This document shows, piece after piece, positions 62,575 to 64,000 of a DNA stretch of 64,000 nucleotides. Numbering within the stretch: position 1 is the stretch's first letter; every line of letters starts with the position of its first letter. The translations under genes and the position numbers were made by a program. Source of the stretch: Tubulanus polymorphus (Eukaryota; Animalia; Nemertea); contig NC_134031.1 of NCBI RefSeq assembly GCF_964204645.1, forward strand, positions 14,619,807 to 14,683,806. The letters are read 5' to 3'. The notes under the pieces are model-generated. The model was given only the letters and a program-made list of their open reading frames with translations, searched no databases and had not been told where the DNA came from.

Positions 62575-62790
62575 ACTGTGGACTGGGTCCAGAGACAAAT
62601 TAAGCCCACACAACTTCGTAACTGGATCCAGAGACATATTAAACCCACACAACAGTGGAACTTGACCCAGAGACAAATTAAACCCACGCAACAGTGGAAC
62701 TGAATCCAGAGACAAATTAAACCCACGCAACTGTGGAACTGGGTCCAGAGACAAATTAAACCCACGCAACTGTGAATATGGGTCCAGGTA
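62575..62790. repeat. 39-bp minisatellite
   Basis: TGGAACTGGRTCCAGAGACAAATTAAACCCACGCAAC, about 5 copies. Confidence 0.9.
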
Positions 62791-63840
62791 AGGGAGCCAG
62801 TTCTTCTCATACCGTCTAATTATGACTTAATGTAAAACATAAATTGAAATCGGAAAAGATGACGAATCCACGACGTATCAATATATTATCAGAGCAACCA
62901 TTTATCAGACAGCTGCTCTGTCTGCAGAGATGATCGTCTGCCGAGATTTTCCCTTTCCATTAAATCTTGTAAAATATATTCACAGAATAATAAGATGTCA
63001 CAAGCAATACAGATGATTAACTATACACGTCATTAGTTTCATTGTGAAAATCGACCGTCAAAAAGGTAAATATCGGTACATCAAATAATCAATACTTCCA
63101 CTCACCGATAAACTGATTCTATCAAATCCCGCTAGGAAATAAAACTGATATGATATCTTTAATATTAACTTTTCAATTAGTTTCGGAAAGTCATTCGTCC
63201 ATATATCAGAGAATGATCTATCGGTAAAGTGAGTGAATAGACTGTGACCACGCCTCCCAGCCACCACACCCGACTGGTCACCGGACACCAAACGTGACTG
63301 GTCACCAGTCACACCAGTCACCACACCTGCTGGTCAACAGTCAACACGCTTGACTGGCCACCGCACACTAAACGTGACTGGTCACCAGCCACCTCACCTG
63401 ACTGGTCACCAGTTACCACATCCAGGCTTATGCAATCAGTACAGCTCCGCGGTCTGGTGGTCAGCCTTTTTGGCGGGAAATGACTGTTTTGCGATATGGA
63501 TTAAGCCTTCGTTACCGGCCAGTCCATCAGAAGGTCAGAGGCCTGTCTCCTCTCTTCTTCTCTTTCAAGAGGAGTCAGAAACTTGACTGTCTTTCATCCT
63601 CCCCTCTATCTTACCTCTCGTCCTCTCTCTCCCATCCCTTCTCTCCCATCCTCTCTCCCATTCTCTGTCCTCCCACTCTCTCCCTCCCCTCTCCATCTCT
63701 CTATCTGAACGGTAACGCGGTATGCAGTGACTGGTTGCAATAATGTCTTGTTGAACGATGTAGTTAAAGGGGACGGTAAACTCTTCGCAGAACTACATCC
63801 GTCTTTCATGTCAGTTAGCGGAATCGTTATTAAATTTTAA

Positions 63841-63913
63841 CCCTCTGCCAGTCGCAGCGGGCTCACACCGGCGTGTATATCGATAACCCCGGCGGCAGTA
63901 GAAACAGGAAGGG
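63841..63913. mobile_element. Very short piggyBac-type MITE
   Basis: TTAA-CCCT...AGGG-TTAA; 73 bp. Confidence 0.5.
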
Positions 63914-64000
63914 TTAACGCAAGCACAGTTACTACCAGCGCATAAACACCAGCTTTATTAAATTCACCCTTTCGTCGCGGGATCTTTAATTAAATCGTAG

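Noticed and set aside
57649-63809. Low-complexity ORFs rich in R/E/G or S/L/P
   Set aside because: Translations of GA/CT-rich simple sequence.
55582-64000. Search for the Lmx1 LIM-A exon, TAATTA autoregulatory clusters and miRNA hairpins
   Set aside because: No LIM Cys/His pattern found, so the exon is probably beyond the window. TAATTA is expected by chance in AT-rich DNA. The hairpin at ~57985 is too short for a pre-miRNA.

Overview
AT-rich, intron-containing invertebrate animal DNA (bilaterian, spiralian-like by gene content; taxon not determinable here). Exon structures were rebuilt by hand from splice sites and reading phase. Genes in order: (1) the 5' part of a TPR + CHAT (TTC28-like) gene on the minus strand; (2) an intronless FMRFamide-receptor-like orphan GPCR (-); (3) a complete 17-exon, ~938 aa ionotropic glutamate receptor-family subunit (-); (4) three tandem secreted-type alpha-carbonic anhydrases (+), with a second orphan GPCR between copies 1 and 2 and a relic of a further copy; (5) the 3' part of Lmx1 (-), with an intron-containing tRNA-Tyr in one of its introns. 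Introns and spacers hold many MITEs, SINE/LINE remnants and minisatellites. The best candidate for novelty is the iGluR. It has a canonical EF-hand Ca2+-binding loop ([12 protein letters not shown]) in the cytoplasmic M1-M2 loop just before the pore helix, a ligand pocket unlikely to bind glutamate, and an N-terminal domain that keeps the class C GPCR amino-acid-binding signature. It sits head-to-head with the carbonic anhydrase cluster. Also notable are a minimal Penelope-type hammerhead ribozyme plus degenerate relatives, and an extra conserved Cys pair in all three carbonic anhydrases.
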